Shown here piece by piece: positions 38,311 through 51,684 of a stretch of 64,000 bases of DNA. The position numbers and the translations under genes were made by a program. The stretch comes from Girardia tigrina (Eukaryota). A model generated the notes under the pieces. The model worked only from the letters and a program-made list of their open reading frames with translations. It had not been told where the DNA came from and searched no databases. How positions within the stretch are numbered: the stretch's first letter is position 1; every line of letters begins with the position of its first letter. The DNA lies in assembly GCA_001938485.1 (NCBI GenBank), contig MQRK01213793.1, positions 18,349 through 82,348 of the forward strand, given 5' to 3'.

Positions 38311-41300
38311 TAGAGAAGTCGTATTAGTATAAAAGAACGAATATTTTCCTTTTAATTCGGTCATCAAACCCCCATCAATATTTCATTTAATAAATCTTAT
38401 TCGTCAATTTGTGTTCTTTACAATGGTGTTAGAATTCATAAACCAAAATTGAAAAGCATTTTTAAAAATGGATTTTTACTGAATTGAATATTTCCTAAAT
38501 ATCTATTTTAAGTTAATATATTCAGTTGACCAAAATCTAATTCTTTTTTTGACGACCAAAATTCTATGAATCTCAAAACAAGTCCTTTTCTATTAGCAAA
38601 ATCAGCTTAACTAACATTTCCCACTTAATTATCATGAAAAACTATATCTTTTTAAATAATTCCTAAAATTTATCACTTGTTTATGTTGTATAAAATCCTG
38701 CTTAAAATATATGATTTTATTAATTTAAGAATACAGAAGATTGATCATCACCGGAAAAGTTATGTTATTTAGCTCTTCTTTCTATACTCTCATAGAGGCC
38801 TATTCCTTTTCTCTTATCAAACTTTATTACCCTGTGAAGGAATTTCATTATCATGTACAATTCGAACAATTCGTTTTAAAAAGATAAAAGTAAATGACGT
38901 TTGAAGTATTCTTTCTATATTAAATATTTGATCTCAGAATTTTAACTTTATTCTTTATCAATGTACTTCAATTTTTTATCTTAATCTTGTTTGGAGAATC
39001 ATTGCTAAATTGTTTTCGTCTAATTTCCGTTCCCCTCCATTTCGCATGACAATTTACTTTCTATTGTAGGTTCTTCATTTTATAAAAGGTTTTTTACAAA
39101 ACTTATTTTAGGTAAAGGGATTTAATTTTATTAATAAGTAAAATATTTTATTGATTCAATCATCATTAGGATCTGGGTTATTTTTATTCCTCAGTTTTTT
39201 TTGATTAAGTGCATAAAATAAAGCTCTCCCATTTTGTGCTTATATTTTTGTTGTCATGTAGCAATATTAAGTCTATCAAATTATAACTAAAAGTATAATC
39301 GACGGAGTGTAATAGTTAACCTAAACAAATAAATTGAAACTTACATTATATGACATAAAATGATATAATACATTCTCTGACTTGTCCTCCTGCTTCTCCT
39401 CATACCCAACATGGGGATATAGATTATCTGATTGCTCTGGCTTGGGTAGTCATACGCCTAAATCAGTGTATGGGTTCGTTTCCATACTTCAGGATCTACT
39501 GTTCTGAAAACTACAGTCTGTAGCACTACTTAATTCTCCATTTATACTTCTATCTGTTGTTCAGAGGTTATCAATTTCTGTCAAGAAGCTTGGAATTTTT
39601 TTCCTAATGACACTATTTTCTGTTATACACTGCCTGTGAAAAGAATGCGAATACAAATAGAAAGTATCATGCCAAACAACATCTACAGACAGCTAGATTT
39701 GCTCAACACCTGACCATTTCATACAGCATTTAGTGGTGTTTTTTAGTAAATAATGAAGTTTATACACTTTAGATATTTTCACCGATATTTTTTCTTATTA
39801 ATTTAATTATATATAAGAAAAATTATATTATATTTACACGATGTGTAAATCAAAATACTCAGTAAACTGATTGGAAATTTTAGGACAAGAATTTTATTAT
39901 CCAAATAATTGGCAAATTCCATGTCTAAATTTTATTGTCACATCAATGTTTTTTATTTTCACAAATTACCTTCCTCCTCTTTTTGACTTCATTTTATAAA
40001 TGGAAAATCTTTTCAATATCTTTGACACTAAAAATTCTTATTAAAAATTATTAAAACTTTTATTTGAATTATTTTAAGTTTGATTGTTTTCAGAACATAT
40101 ATTTTAATTAAATGTGCCTTGGTGAAGACAGACAGACAGCCCAGACCCTTAGTATTTTAAATCTTCATTTAACTTTAAAATAAAAAAGATAGTTGTTTGA
40201 AAAAATGGATTGCAGTGAACAATTCGTATATGCACCCGATACTTCAATGCACAATATGCAATCGGTTACATCCTCATACCGATCATTGCCTCTGACCCTT
40301 ATTTATCTGTAAGGTTCGCCCTCAATATTTTTTACAAAAATAGTTCATCTTTTGTTGAAAAATATACGACAAAAGTTTCTGTATTTCCCTATCAAAGGGT
40401 ACATGAAGGTCACATTATGTACAAAGGTGGTATTATTTGTTTGAATGAAACTTATTTAGAAATTTATTGTAAATGATCAAACTTGTTTGTTCTTGTGGAT
40501 GGAAAATTGTGTTTGAATGAATCATAAAGTGCGTTGGCACTTCAATGAAGAATGTAACGATTTGCTATATTGATGCGTATAATTAATTTAACTCAATTGC
40601 AATTATGCTAATCTTCATCCTTTTGATATTTCGTTCAACAAATTTTAAATATTAACTCAAATAAATGGAAATTTGATTGGTTCCTATAAGTTTTAAAAAT
40701 GTCAGAGATCTAAAACTTTTATTTTAACTTTAGATCATAAACTTTTGAACGTACCATATAATACAAGTAAGATGAAATTTTCATGATTTATATTTATACA
40801 GATATTACATTTCTACATTCACACATGAGTCTACCAAATTATTATCCATTATTTATAAAATTTATTTTCATTATTTTATTTTTTCAAGCTTAAATGTAAG
40901 ACGTTGTTTTGGGATTGAATCAAATTCGTGTAATATTCTGAAAACTGACCGGATGAAGTGATACAATTAGTTTAATAAAATTAGGATATTGCAAACTTCT
41001 AATTTTATAATTTCGCTTATCATCACATGCCATTTGCAAACCATTTTTTAATTTCATAACATGTCTGGATCCTTGAAAAATATCATACAAGTGCTATATA
41101 GCATGGTTGAATTTCAATTGGCACAGTGATTTTGGTTTGTTCGAGTGAAATCAATCGATGGTTGCACTTTGTACGGATGCCAGGCCAGCCACTGCGCATC
41201 ATCTGAGGCATCAACTATTCGAAGAAGACCGACCCCGGGACGAAGAATGCAAGGAACGGGGCTTTTTATATTGACTTTTCGATTCATTTTTTCATTATGT

Positions 41301-41887
41301 AACTGATAAATTTGTAGGGCATTATGTATAATATAAATAACACTTTTTACTTCATGATTAAAGTGTTAACAAAGTTCAAGTTATTTTTCTGGGTTATTTT
41401 TCACAATTCTGCAACTTGTGTCATTTGATTAAATATGAAAATTGTGTGTATTTTATATTTAATAAATCAATATTTACCAATTGAATTACAAAATGATACA
41501 TATATACATCTATCGAACCTCTCAATATACCTCTTACGATCAATGCCTCTTCACTTAACTATTTATAAAACCTAACTTTCCTATTTTCTTATAAGCTTCG
41601 ATTTCGACTTCATTCTCGCAGTATGTCTACAAAAAGATAAAACCGAAAAATATAGAAAAAAATATGTAATTCAGAGTAAGAAATAATTTTTTATAGTTTT
41701 AACTTTTCTAAATATATATCTTAAAATCAAATAAATCTGTTTAAAAATTTAGTGACTTATATTTTCAAATTAAGTGTAAAACACATGAACGGTTACTTGT
41801 AAAATGCGTAAGTTCAAAAAGGACTAGTTCTATACTATCAATATGTTAGATCAGTTTTACAACCTTTTTACTAACTTTCCCCATTAA

Positions 41888-42120
41888 CCCATTAATGCCG
41901 AGAATTATGTAATATGAATTTTTCATAATTTTTCATGACCTTTCTTGGTCAAGGTCAGCCGGCTACTGCGTGAGTGACAGATAAACAAAACATGTTCCGT
42001 ATGTGTTCTGAACCTTGAGAGTACACACCTTATCAAGGAAAAATAATTAAATGCAATGTCTTTACTTTTACAGCCATTTTTATTAGCTGGACACGAATAT
42101 TCCCGTTCGGCGTTAATGGG
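41888..42120. mobile_element. piggyBac-type MITE
   Basis: TTAA|CCCATTAATGCCG ... CGGCGTTAATGGG|TTAA. Confidence 0.85.
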
Positions 42121-42526
42121 TTAAATTAAATAAAATAACTTGGTCTGCTTTGATAAAAAGCTTTTATGAATGACTACTGTTGTTGACGCTTATTTAAGTG
42201 TTGAAAAGCGTGGTTTTTATACCATTTTCAACATTTTTTGTTCTCTTAGTTTCATGTTTACTATTTTTCGATGTTTATATCACTGAAGTATATTGTTGAA
42301 AATGAATCAAATACTGGATTACTTTATGTACCAAAGATGGGGAAAATGAATTTATTGAAACGTTTCAAAATACTATCAAAGAGTTTCCCACCCATATGAG
42401 AGATGGATTCACCAGGTTTCGAACTCATGAGTTATATCACTGATGCGAAGTGTTCAATAATTTTTTAACATTAATATTCTGTAAATAATTTTTACTGTGT
42501 GCAAATGATAAAACCATACCGTAATG

Positions 42527-42713
42527 CAGTGGTTTCCAACCTGTGGGGCGTACACCCCCAGGGGGCGCGAGACTGTTTCAAGGGGGGCATGTAGCTGTTT
42601 CCAAAATATCATTTTCAAATACAAAATAAAAAAATCGAATAGGTGTCACAAAAAATGAATCAACAATTTGTTTTTAAAAGGGGGGCGCCGGTACAAAAGG
42701 TTGGAAACCACTG
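42527..42713. mobile_element. hAT (Charlie-like) MITE
   Basis: TIR CAGTGGTTTCCAACCT / AGGTTGGAAACCACTG; 8-bp TSD CCGTAATG / CCGTAATA (7/8). Confidence 0.9.
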
Positions 42714-43021
42714 CCGTAATAGAACAATTATTTCATTAGTCAGGGGTCATGTATACTACCAAATATAAGAACCACTGAAAAGAATGATACAAATCTCATT
42801 TATGGGACAATTATGTCATACAAAATGATTACATATATGGCTATGATTGACCTTGACTAAAAAAACATAATTCAAAAATATTGATGAAAAGTAAAATTTG
42901 GACATATTGTTAAATATTCTACCTCTGTTTTATTTAATTAATTTTCAACTTTTTAATAAAAAATATAATCAAGAATATTTAAAATTAAATGTAATATTTT
43001 ATTAATAAATTATAATTTCAG

Positions 43022-43485
43022 TTTCGGAGTATTTTTGAATCCTGATTTTTCTTCATGTCCCAAGTTAGCCAAATGTCAGTTGAGGCCCACTTGTTCTAGT
43101 CATTTGTGTGAAGGCCACTGTTCACAGTTCTGGAGAACAACAGCACCTCACGATTGTAAATATCAGACCCAAGAATCTTTGGAGCAGCAGTCAGATGTTA
43201 TTTATCATCCTACCAGCAATTTGAATCTTTCCAAATCCGAGAATATCGATAAATTGGGTGTTCATAATAGTTTCCCATTAATCATAAATGATCAGAAACG
43301 ATCCGGAAGCTCGAGAAATTTATTTACTCGTTGTTTTCCATGGAGGCGTAACGGACACCATGATGAATCGAAATTTCGTAAAATACGAAATGATAAAACT
43401 AAGAATGAAGGTGAAAAATCTCCGTCCAAAGTGCCAATTACCAGTCATACAGAAATAGATGATGTTGCTTCAATGGGATCAATAA
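43022..43485 (+). CDS. RNF19: RNF19-like exon 4, remainder of IBR plus long S/K/N-rich linker
   Basis: Acceptor aatttcag|T completes GA+T=Asp, then FGVFLNPDFSSCPKLAKC...C...HC..FW, similar to the RNF19 SCPKL motif. Donor A|GTTATT at 43485 (phase 1) matches the next exon; the exact 3' end is less certain. Confidence 0.8.
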
Positions 43486-43535
43486 GTTATTATTTTTCCT
43501 TAAATATTTTCTAATTTTGTACGAAATTTATCATT

Positions 43536-43582
<47 letters not shown>

Positions 43583-44160
43583 GTGGATTTTTTTATTTTT
43601 CTCTTAAAATTATCAATGTCAAATTACTGAATAGAAGGATTCAGGTCGATACGAAAAGTACTAAAAACAGTGTTAAAAATGTATTTGTACTTTAGATTAA
43701 AAAAATTTTTTTAAGTGTTATTTATGATCTTTTATCTAGATTTTTTAATCAAAAATAAAGAAAACAAGTCATAATAAATGAAAAAATCGAAAAATATGCA
43801 TGACCTTTAGTCACAGCGCTTCCATAAGATCACAGTTAGTTGAAAACACAAGGATTATTTTGTCTTACAAATACTCCACGAGGTTGGATTAACATCATTT
43901 GATATAAAAAGAATATTAAAATCGCCACTTAATCAAATCTTAAGCAGATTTAAATTTCTGAAATATCACTTCACCAACATATAAAAACTATTTCCGCAAA
44001 GTTCTTGCTGTTTTTATTGACAAATTATTAAAGGTCTAAATGAAAGTTAATCAAACAGTCCTTATTTGCCCTTACATCCGGTTCTTTCTTGTCCAGAACC
44101 ATAGAACCGGTTTCTAAAAAAATAATTACAAATCTTTGTTATTCGACCACTAACTCTTAA

Positions 44161-44805
44161 ATTAAATGGGAGAAGCTGGAATAAGTTAATAGTTTCAAAT
44201 ACTTAGGTTCTACTGTCACAGAGACTGGGGGGACCGAAGAAGAAATCAGAAGCCGGATTGGTATTGCAACATGTGCAATGATGATGTTTAGCACAGTTTT
44301 TAACCTCAAAGAAATTAAACTCAAAAGCAGATTAAAGATCAGTAAGGTTATTGTTTTGGGAAACACTTCTCTATGGATCCGAGAGTTGGAAAATAAATCA
44401 GAAGAGCATGGATAGACTTAAAGCTTTTGAATTGAATTGCTACAAGAGAATACTGAAGATCACATAGAAAAAAAGAAGACCAACCACTTTGTCTAGAAGA
44501 GAGTAACAGAAATATTAGGTAAATGACCGGAATCAATAGAAGACACCATTAAGAGCAGAAAGTTGAAATTATACGGACGTCATATAAGAAAAGAAGCCAT
44601 AGCGAAGGTTATGTTTGAAGGAAGACTGGAAGGAGAAAGACCAAGGGGAAGAAGAAAAGAACAATGGACATATGACTTAAAAGAATGGAGTGAATTTAAC
44701 AATGAAGATCTGAGAAGAGAGGCTACAAATAGAGAGATGTGGCGAAGGTTTGTACATAATTTAGTGCAGTCACGGCCAAACGGTTAAGCTCTAAAAGAAG
44801 AAGAA
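44161..44805 (+). mobile_element. 5'-truncated RTE-clade LINE
   Basis: FKYLGS...EEEIRSRIG, LYGRHI...GERPRGRRKEQW motifs, (AAG)n 3' tail. Confidence 0.88.
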
Positions 44806-45049
44806 CCCTTAAATGCATGATTTTTTTGTTTTGAATTATATTGGATTAAAATTAAACTATATTGGATTAAATAAACTATAAACTATATATAAATATAAGT
44901 TACCGCCAAGAGTAATGACAAATGTTTTCATTCATAAATGATTTGTTGTAAATGGTCATAAACGTGTATTGGGTAGCGAACACATGAAGGTTTATCGATG
45001 AAATTAAGTACCGGAATGTAGACAATTGGCAACAATATGCATTTAAGGG
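44806..45049. mobile_element. piggyBac-type MITE whose left TTAA is interrupted by the RTE
   Basis: CCCTTAAATGCAT ... ATGCATTTAAGGG|TTAA. Confidence 0.75.
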
Positions 45050-45803
45050 TTAAAGTTTTTGCTCAATGAAATTGTATTCGAATACAGTGGTAAATATTAC
45101 ATTATCGTTAAATTAAATAAATATATAAAATTGTATGAAACACTGTACGTAAAGTAGTGCTTAAACATCATGAGATGACCAAAAATGGCACAGTAAGCAA
45201 AGGTATAAGGGTACCTCTATATGATGTGCATTATCATAAACTTGTTTTAATTCAACTTGAAGATGTTTTCTGTCTCTCTGAGTAATCTATAGTTTGATTC
45301 CAAGTGACTGCATCGTTTGCTAATGAAAAAAAACTAAAATTAAGCTTCGTGGTTCATTTTAAACCAAAATTAATGAAATACAATACTAAAACTTATGTTT
45401 TATGCATATATTTTTATTATTGGTGTTAAATTTTAATGTTTGAAGCATTTATCAGATAGATATTCTCTATTTCTAATCCTAATTTTACTTTTTGTTTATT
45501 ATCGAAACTGACACCATTAATTGGAAAGTTTCTCAGAAAATAAATAATGTAATATACATATATTTCGATTTTTGAGGACTGATATTAACCCAAACAACGT
45601 GTCAAAACATTTGAGGTGCCTTCTTTCATTACCAGATTGCGTATTACTTCATTCATTTTACACAGCTTTTAAGAAGTGTTATACGGCCCTGGTAATTGTA
45701 TAAATACTTTAGAATATATTAAAATAACAAAAGAAACGATGCAACTCTTTTAATAAATTTTCTTTTGGAGAATATAAATGAGAATTTGATTATGGTCGTA
45801 TTA

Positions 45804-47088
45804 TTGGGTTGGCCAAAAAGTCATTGCGTTTTTTACTAAAATATTTATTATCAAAAAATGATTTTGATGCACAAATATTTTTACACGATATACTGTCCAT
45901 TATTTTCAATCACTTTCTTCCACCTTTCCGGTAGCTTCATTATTCCTGATTCATAAAAGCCTTTGCCTTTGTCAGCAAAAAAGCCGTCTAGGAACGATTT
46001 GATGTCATCATCAGTGGCGAATGTTTTTCTGTTTAAGGAATTCTGTAGTGATCTAAATAAGTGAAAATCCGATGGGGCCAAGTTTGGAGAATACGGTGCG
46101 TGCGGCAAAACCTCCCAACCCAGTGATAAGAGTTTCTGGCGAGTGGTCAAACTTGTATGCGGTCTTGCGTTATGAGGCTAAATTACAACTCCTTTTCGAT
46201 TTGCCAATTCAGGACGTTCCTGTTGAATTGAATGAACCAATTTCTCCATCTGACCACAATATCTGTCTAAATTGATAGTTTCATTCCTCGGAAGGAGTTC
46301 AAAAAACACAATTCCTTTAAAATCCAAACAGACGGAAAGCATAACCTCCTTTTGGTGAATTTCTGCTTTTGGGATCGTTTTGGCAGGCTCACCACGTTTA
46401 GTTCATGATCGTCGGCGTTCCACATTGTTGTAAACAATCCCATTTTCGTCGTCCGTAATCAAGCGCTTCAAAAATGGATCACTTTGTTCTCGCTTCAAAA
46501 GGGAATCGCAAATGTCTATACGTTTCACCAAATGAATTTCTTTCAGTTCATGTGGTAACCACATATTGAGTTTACTGACGAATCCAAGTTTCTTTAAATG
46601 ACTTCCAACACTTGATTTTGATATTTCCAGAGTCTCTGCAACTTCTCTTGTCGTCATATGTGGATTAGATTTGATCAGTGCTGTTATTTTGTCGCCATCT
46701 TACTTCAACATGTCGACCGGAGCGTGGTGCACTTTTCAGATGAAATTTTTCAGAACGAAATTTAGAAAACCAGTATTGACACTGTCGAAGTTTTAAAGAG
46801 TCACTTCCATATACAAAACATAATCTTCTTATGAGCTTGCACAGTGGTTTTCCCTTTGTGAAAATAATGCAACAAAACATGACGAATATGCTCATTTTGA
46901 TTTTCCATTTCGAATTGACGATAAAGTATTAAATTAAAACAAAATCAAATAATATTTTGTATAAACATAGTCTGAAAATTAAGGTTTCAGAATATATAAT
47001 TGAATTTAAATTTTATCACATCGTTTAATATTTTCAAGCTTTTTATTAGGACGTACTCAAAAACGCAATGACTTTTTGGCCAACCCAA
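45804..47088 (-). mobile_element. Full-length mariner element, frameshifted transposase
   Basis: Perfect TIRs TA|TTGGGTTGGCCAAAAAGTCATTGCGTTTTT; WLPHEL, ITDDE, YSPNLAPSDFHLF motifs. Confidence 0.95.
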
Positions 47089-47440
47089 TAGATTAGTATG
47101 GTAATCGTTAAGACTTTTCAATTTCCTTCCTTCAGAGTAAATTAGTACTGCCAATTTCTCTTTTTTTTGAGATATTTAATTTTAATTGTTTTATTTATTA
47201 AATTTTCGTTAAAATTGTTTAGGTTTATTTTTATTTTTACTGTAAATTAATATTTCAAAGTTTTGGTAAAATTATCTTATTCAATCTATTCCTTCTTCTG
47301 TTGAACATTACTATTTTTTTGAATTTATGAATATTTGTCGTAAAAATAACTTCTCTATTTTCTTTCTCATTAATTCTTTTCTTTCAAACATTTGACCGTT
47401 TGTAAGTATTTAAGAATTAACTTATACTTTTATTAAAATA

Positions 47441-47839
47441 ACGGATAACATCAAATAGTAGGTGGACATGAAATAGTAGGTGTAATGAAGTTTTCAAAAA
47501 ATTTTCCACCTACTATTAAAATAGTAGGTGGAATCAAATAGTAGGTGTANNNNNNNNNNNNNNNNNNNNNNNNNNNNNNNNNNNNNNNNNNNNNNNNNNN
47601 NNNNNNNNNNNNNNNNNNNNNNNNNNNNNNNNNNNNNNNNNNNNNNNNNNNNNNNNNNNNNNNNNNNNNNNNNNNNNNNNNNNNNNNNNNNNNNNNNNNN
47701 NNNNNNNNNNNNNNNNNNNNNNNNNNNNNNNNAAACAAAAGCACCAAATAGTAGGTGTAAACCAATATTGGGCGCCTTTTCAATTTTTTTTCCACCTACT
47801 ATTAAAATAGTAGGTGTCCTACTATTTCATGTTATCCGT
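47441..47839. mobile_element. MITE with repeated AATAGTAGG subterminal motif (spans gap)
   Basis: TA|ACGGATAACAT ... ATGTTATCCGT|TA; multiple direct and inverted AATAGTAGGT copies. Confidence 0.7.
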
Positions 47840-50800
47840 TATTATATTATTATCGTAAAAAGTGCCACGCTTCTATTGCTGAGCTTTTATTATAATTATT
47901 TAAAAAATATTATAAATTTCATTTTGTAAATGTAAACATAGTTTAAAATCGTAAATTGATTATCGTAATCTAGATTAAACTTTGCTTTTGAAACTACTAA
48001 AGGTTTTTGAAAATATAAAAAAAATTAAACTTAAAATTGAAATTTATCAAAAGAAATATATCAATGCAAGTTAATAGCATTGTTATGCTTCGGCGACATG
48101 ATTTACTTTCTTTATAAATCTTCATCTTACTATAACTATTTATGCTTAATGGAAATTTGTTTTGAAATAGGACAATTTTATCGTTTTTTTATTATTATGT
48201 AATTGCAAATTCTAAATTAAATATAATATCCGAAAAAGAATCATCTCAGTTGTTTCTTTGAAAAATGTGAGCATTTATATTTCTTTTCCGCATCAAGTAT
48301 TAAAATACGATGTATTGTATATCATCAGATTAATGTATCTGCCACCGTGTACAATACCGACTGCAGCGCGAGGTCATTTTCAATAATTCGCAAATTTCAA
48401 AGGAAATCCTAGAATATAAATCTTGTAGCTTAATGAGGAAGGATCACTTCTAACGCAAAATATTTTTTATAACATTAACGAAGAATCTCAATATTTCATT
48501 CACTTGTATTAAACCATTTTTGATTTCTGTTATCAATTGTAAATGTAATTAAATTATGTTCAGTGTTTGCAAAAAAAATATTTGTTGCTTTTTATGTTGA
48601 AAAGGATCATGTAGGAAGTAAGAGTTGGAACTGAAAGAACTTCAGAGAGACGAGAGTTAATCAAACATATTTTTTTAATATAGTTTTAGAAATTTATCCT
48701 TTATAAGAATACATATTTTTACTACAAACACTTTTGCACATTTGTAGTGTTATTGTAATGTTATTTTTTCCATTTGTAGAAACTATTTAAATCCTGCCGA
48801 AAACATATGTATAACTCGTGTTTTCTAAACAAAATAAACTCGTTTTTGAATTTTTACTTTTGTTACTCATTAATTTTGTCTAAAATATAGTTTAAAATTT
48901 AATTTTAAAATTGTTAAAAAATGTTTTTTAACAAAAACTTTCTTTAACAAAAATGTATTCTCGGTTTGTAAAATACTTGAACTCAAAATTAATTTTATAT
49001 TGAAATCAAATTTATTTCTCATTCAATAGAATTATTCTTGTATTGATATGCAAATATTGAATGAAACTTATGTTATCTCGTGTTTTTATAAAATACTTTT
49101 TTTATAAAACCTATTTTTATCTAAGAAATCATTGAACTTATTGTTACACCATTGGAACGTGGGACAGTCTTTTGCTGTGTCCTCCCGTGGTTATTTGGGT
49201 TATTTCATTTCGACCACATGACGGTGTTTTAAATTGGATTTTTGCGTTTGCTTGCCGAGTTTTGTGTTTGAGATCAGACCTTGACGCGGACTGGTCAGAT
49301 GTGATAAATTTTGAGAAAATGTTTTATCAAAATTGCCGATGAAAGTAGTTGGTCCCGTTGGTCAGATTAGTGAAATCAATGTGGCACCTATTACTAAGCA
49401 ATGTATCAATATTTATCTAAGTTGTTTGATGCCGTGCTTGTTATGTGATGTGCAGAACAAGCGCTAGCTCAGTAAAGATGTCTTTACTCATACTATTGTA
49501 TCTATTACATATTGACACGACAGTATTTCTAGATTACATTGGTTTGTTACGTTGTTGCAAATACTTAAACAAAATTTATGATAAATTTCATTTAAATGGT
49601 AAAATTTGCCTTGTTGAGTTTCAAAAATTGTAACTTACATTGCATTGTGTGAATAGGCCAATTTTCATCCCGTCGATTTTATTATCATTATGCTTGAATG
49701 ATTCTTCTCTTCTGCTTTATAACTTATTATGAAAGATTAATGAGTAAAGTCAATCGAGTTTATCCAAATTATTTGATGGGTTTGAAATATTTTATCACAG
49801 ATATTACAACACAAAAAATCCAAATAAGTTACTACATTTCCAAGCAATACGAATTTGGGAAATGTTTTGCCAATCTTGGTAAAAGTATTTTTTTCTGATT
49901 TAATTTTCTATTTGACCCAACTTACGATTCTATAAGTACTTCAATTAAACGGCAAACTATTTTCAAAATGTAAAATATATACTTATGCACTTAATAAATA
50001 ACAAGTAAAATGGCATTTATAGTCGAGGCATTTCGGAAGAACGTCTTTATCGAAGTGTAAAATGTTGATTTTGCTTGACTCTATTAACCTGTAGTAGCAT
50101 TACCTCAGGGGGAATTCGAATTTTTGTCTTACTCGTCATTTCAGAGATCGAGTACCGCAGTGTTATCAAGTTTTTACAAGAAAACATGTAGCTGATTTTT
50201 TATTTCTGCATTCGGCATACATAGACAATGTCCATTTGCTGAAAACTGAAATATTGAGTTAGATAATTTAAAGCTAGATGTACCTTTGTCTTTATGAAGA
50301 AAAAAGTACTTTGAAGATATTGATGACGACAATCCCTAAACGGGTGATAATGTTAAAAAAATGATGCATTCCTGAAACTGCTTTCTGTCCCAGGTCAGAA
50401 ACTTACTGAACTGCATTGAGTCAGTGTATCAGAATAACATAAATGAAAAAAATATTGAGTATAATATCGATAATATTAGAAATTGGAACGATAATAATAT
50501 TAGTAATAGTAAAAATTCTTTAATAATTTACCTTAATAATAATTTACAACTAATAATCAACCGTCGGGGTATGAGAAACGCTACTCTAAAACAACATATC
50601 ACTAAAAAATATTCATTAATTATTAATGGAAAATATTCTACTTCAAAGGTTGTATGATATTGTTAAAAATTGTATCTTATACTTATAAATTAATTGTAAA
50701 ATTTGAAACTTATCTTTGAGTACAAAATTCTTTTTAACCTAGAAACCACTTCCAGTAGAACAAAATTTAACTATTCAACTGAACCTTTACAAACTGAAGG

Positions 50801-50851
50801 TGGTGATTTTCAAATTGATCTTTTATTAGTATTTGTAATTTACTGTTTTAG

Positions 50852-50993
50852 GTGAAATAAAAATGTGTCCCAAATGCCACACGTACGTGTTGAAGATGAA
50901 TGATGGGAGCTGTAATCATATGGTTTGTGCGGTCTGCGGCTGTGAGTTTTGTTGGCTCTGCATGAGGCAGATCACGGATATGCACTATTTGAG
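50852..50993 (+). CDS. RNF19: RNF19-like exon 5, RING2 with catalytic Cys ([46 protein letters not shown])
   Basis: Acceptor tgttttag|, donor AG|[29 protein letters not shown] is the RNF19A/B RING2 signature. Confidence 0.95.
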
Positions 50994-51283
50994 GTTGGCT
51001 CTCATTTCTAAGATAATTTCATTGATTTAAATTTAAAATCCATTTGAATTCAATTTTAATCTAATTAAAATTTTTAACTCTTCCAGTTATTGAATTATAC
51101 AATCTTATACAATACAATCTTATTGTTTCGTTAAATACGTAACAATCAAATAAGAAAATTAGGTAACATATGTTTTACTTTCTGGTGGTAAAACAAAACA
51201 TTTACTGGCAAGTTTGGAAATTATTTATTGAATAATATTATTTGTATCGCATTACACCGTTAAAATTGTTTTTTTAATGTGTT

Positions 51284-51507
51284 TGTGAGGAATATTTTAA
51301 ATTGTATGAATGATGTATGTTGATTCGAGTATGTTGAACTTAGGATGGTGAGTCTCTCACCCAGATGGAAATTGGTATTTGCTTGTATTTACAGTGATTG
51401 ACGATTCGAACATAATTAAAATAATAATAACGAAATGATAATTTGAAATTGTTAAAATTAATAATTATAATCAAGTTTAATATTTTTTCAATTCTTTTTA
51501 TTAGCTT

Positions 51508-51510
<3 letters not shown>
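51284..51510 (+). mobile_element. Solo LTR (TGTGAGGAATAT family)
   Basis: TGTGAGGAATATTTT start and TCTCTCACCCAGATGG motif. Right boundary approximate. Confidence 0.65.
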
Positions 51511-51550
<40 letters not shown>

Positions 51551-51643
51551 ATGGAATTTAGAAACCTATTNNNNNNNNNNNNNNNNNNNNNNNNNNNNNN
51601 NNNNNNNNNNNNNNNNNNNNTTTTCAATTCTTTTTATTAGCTT

Positions 51644-51684
<41 letters not shown>

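Noticed and set aside
43635-43680. Extra small RNF19 exon between exons 4 and 5
   Set aside because: Phases did not fit cleanly, and 43485->50852 already keeps the frame; needs RNA evidence.
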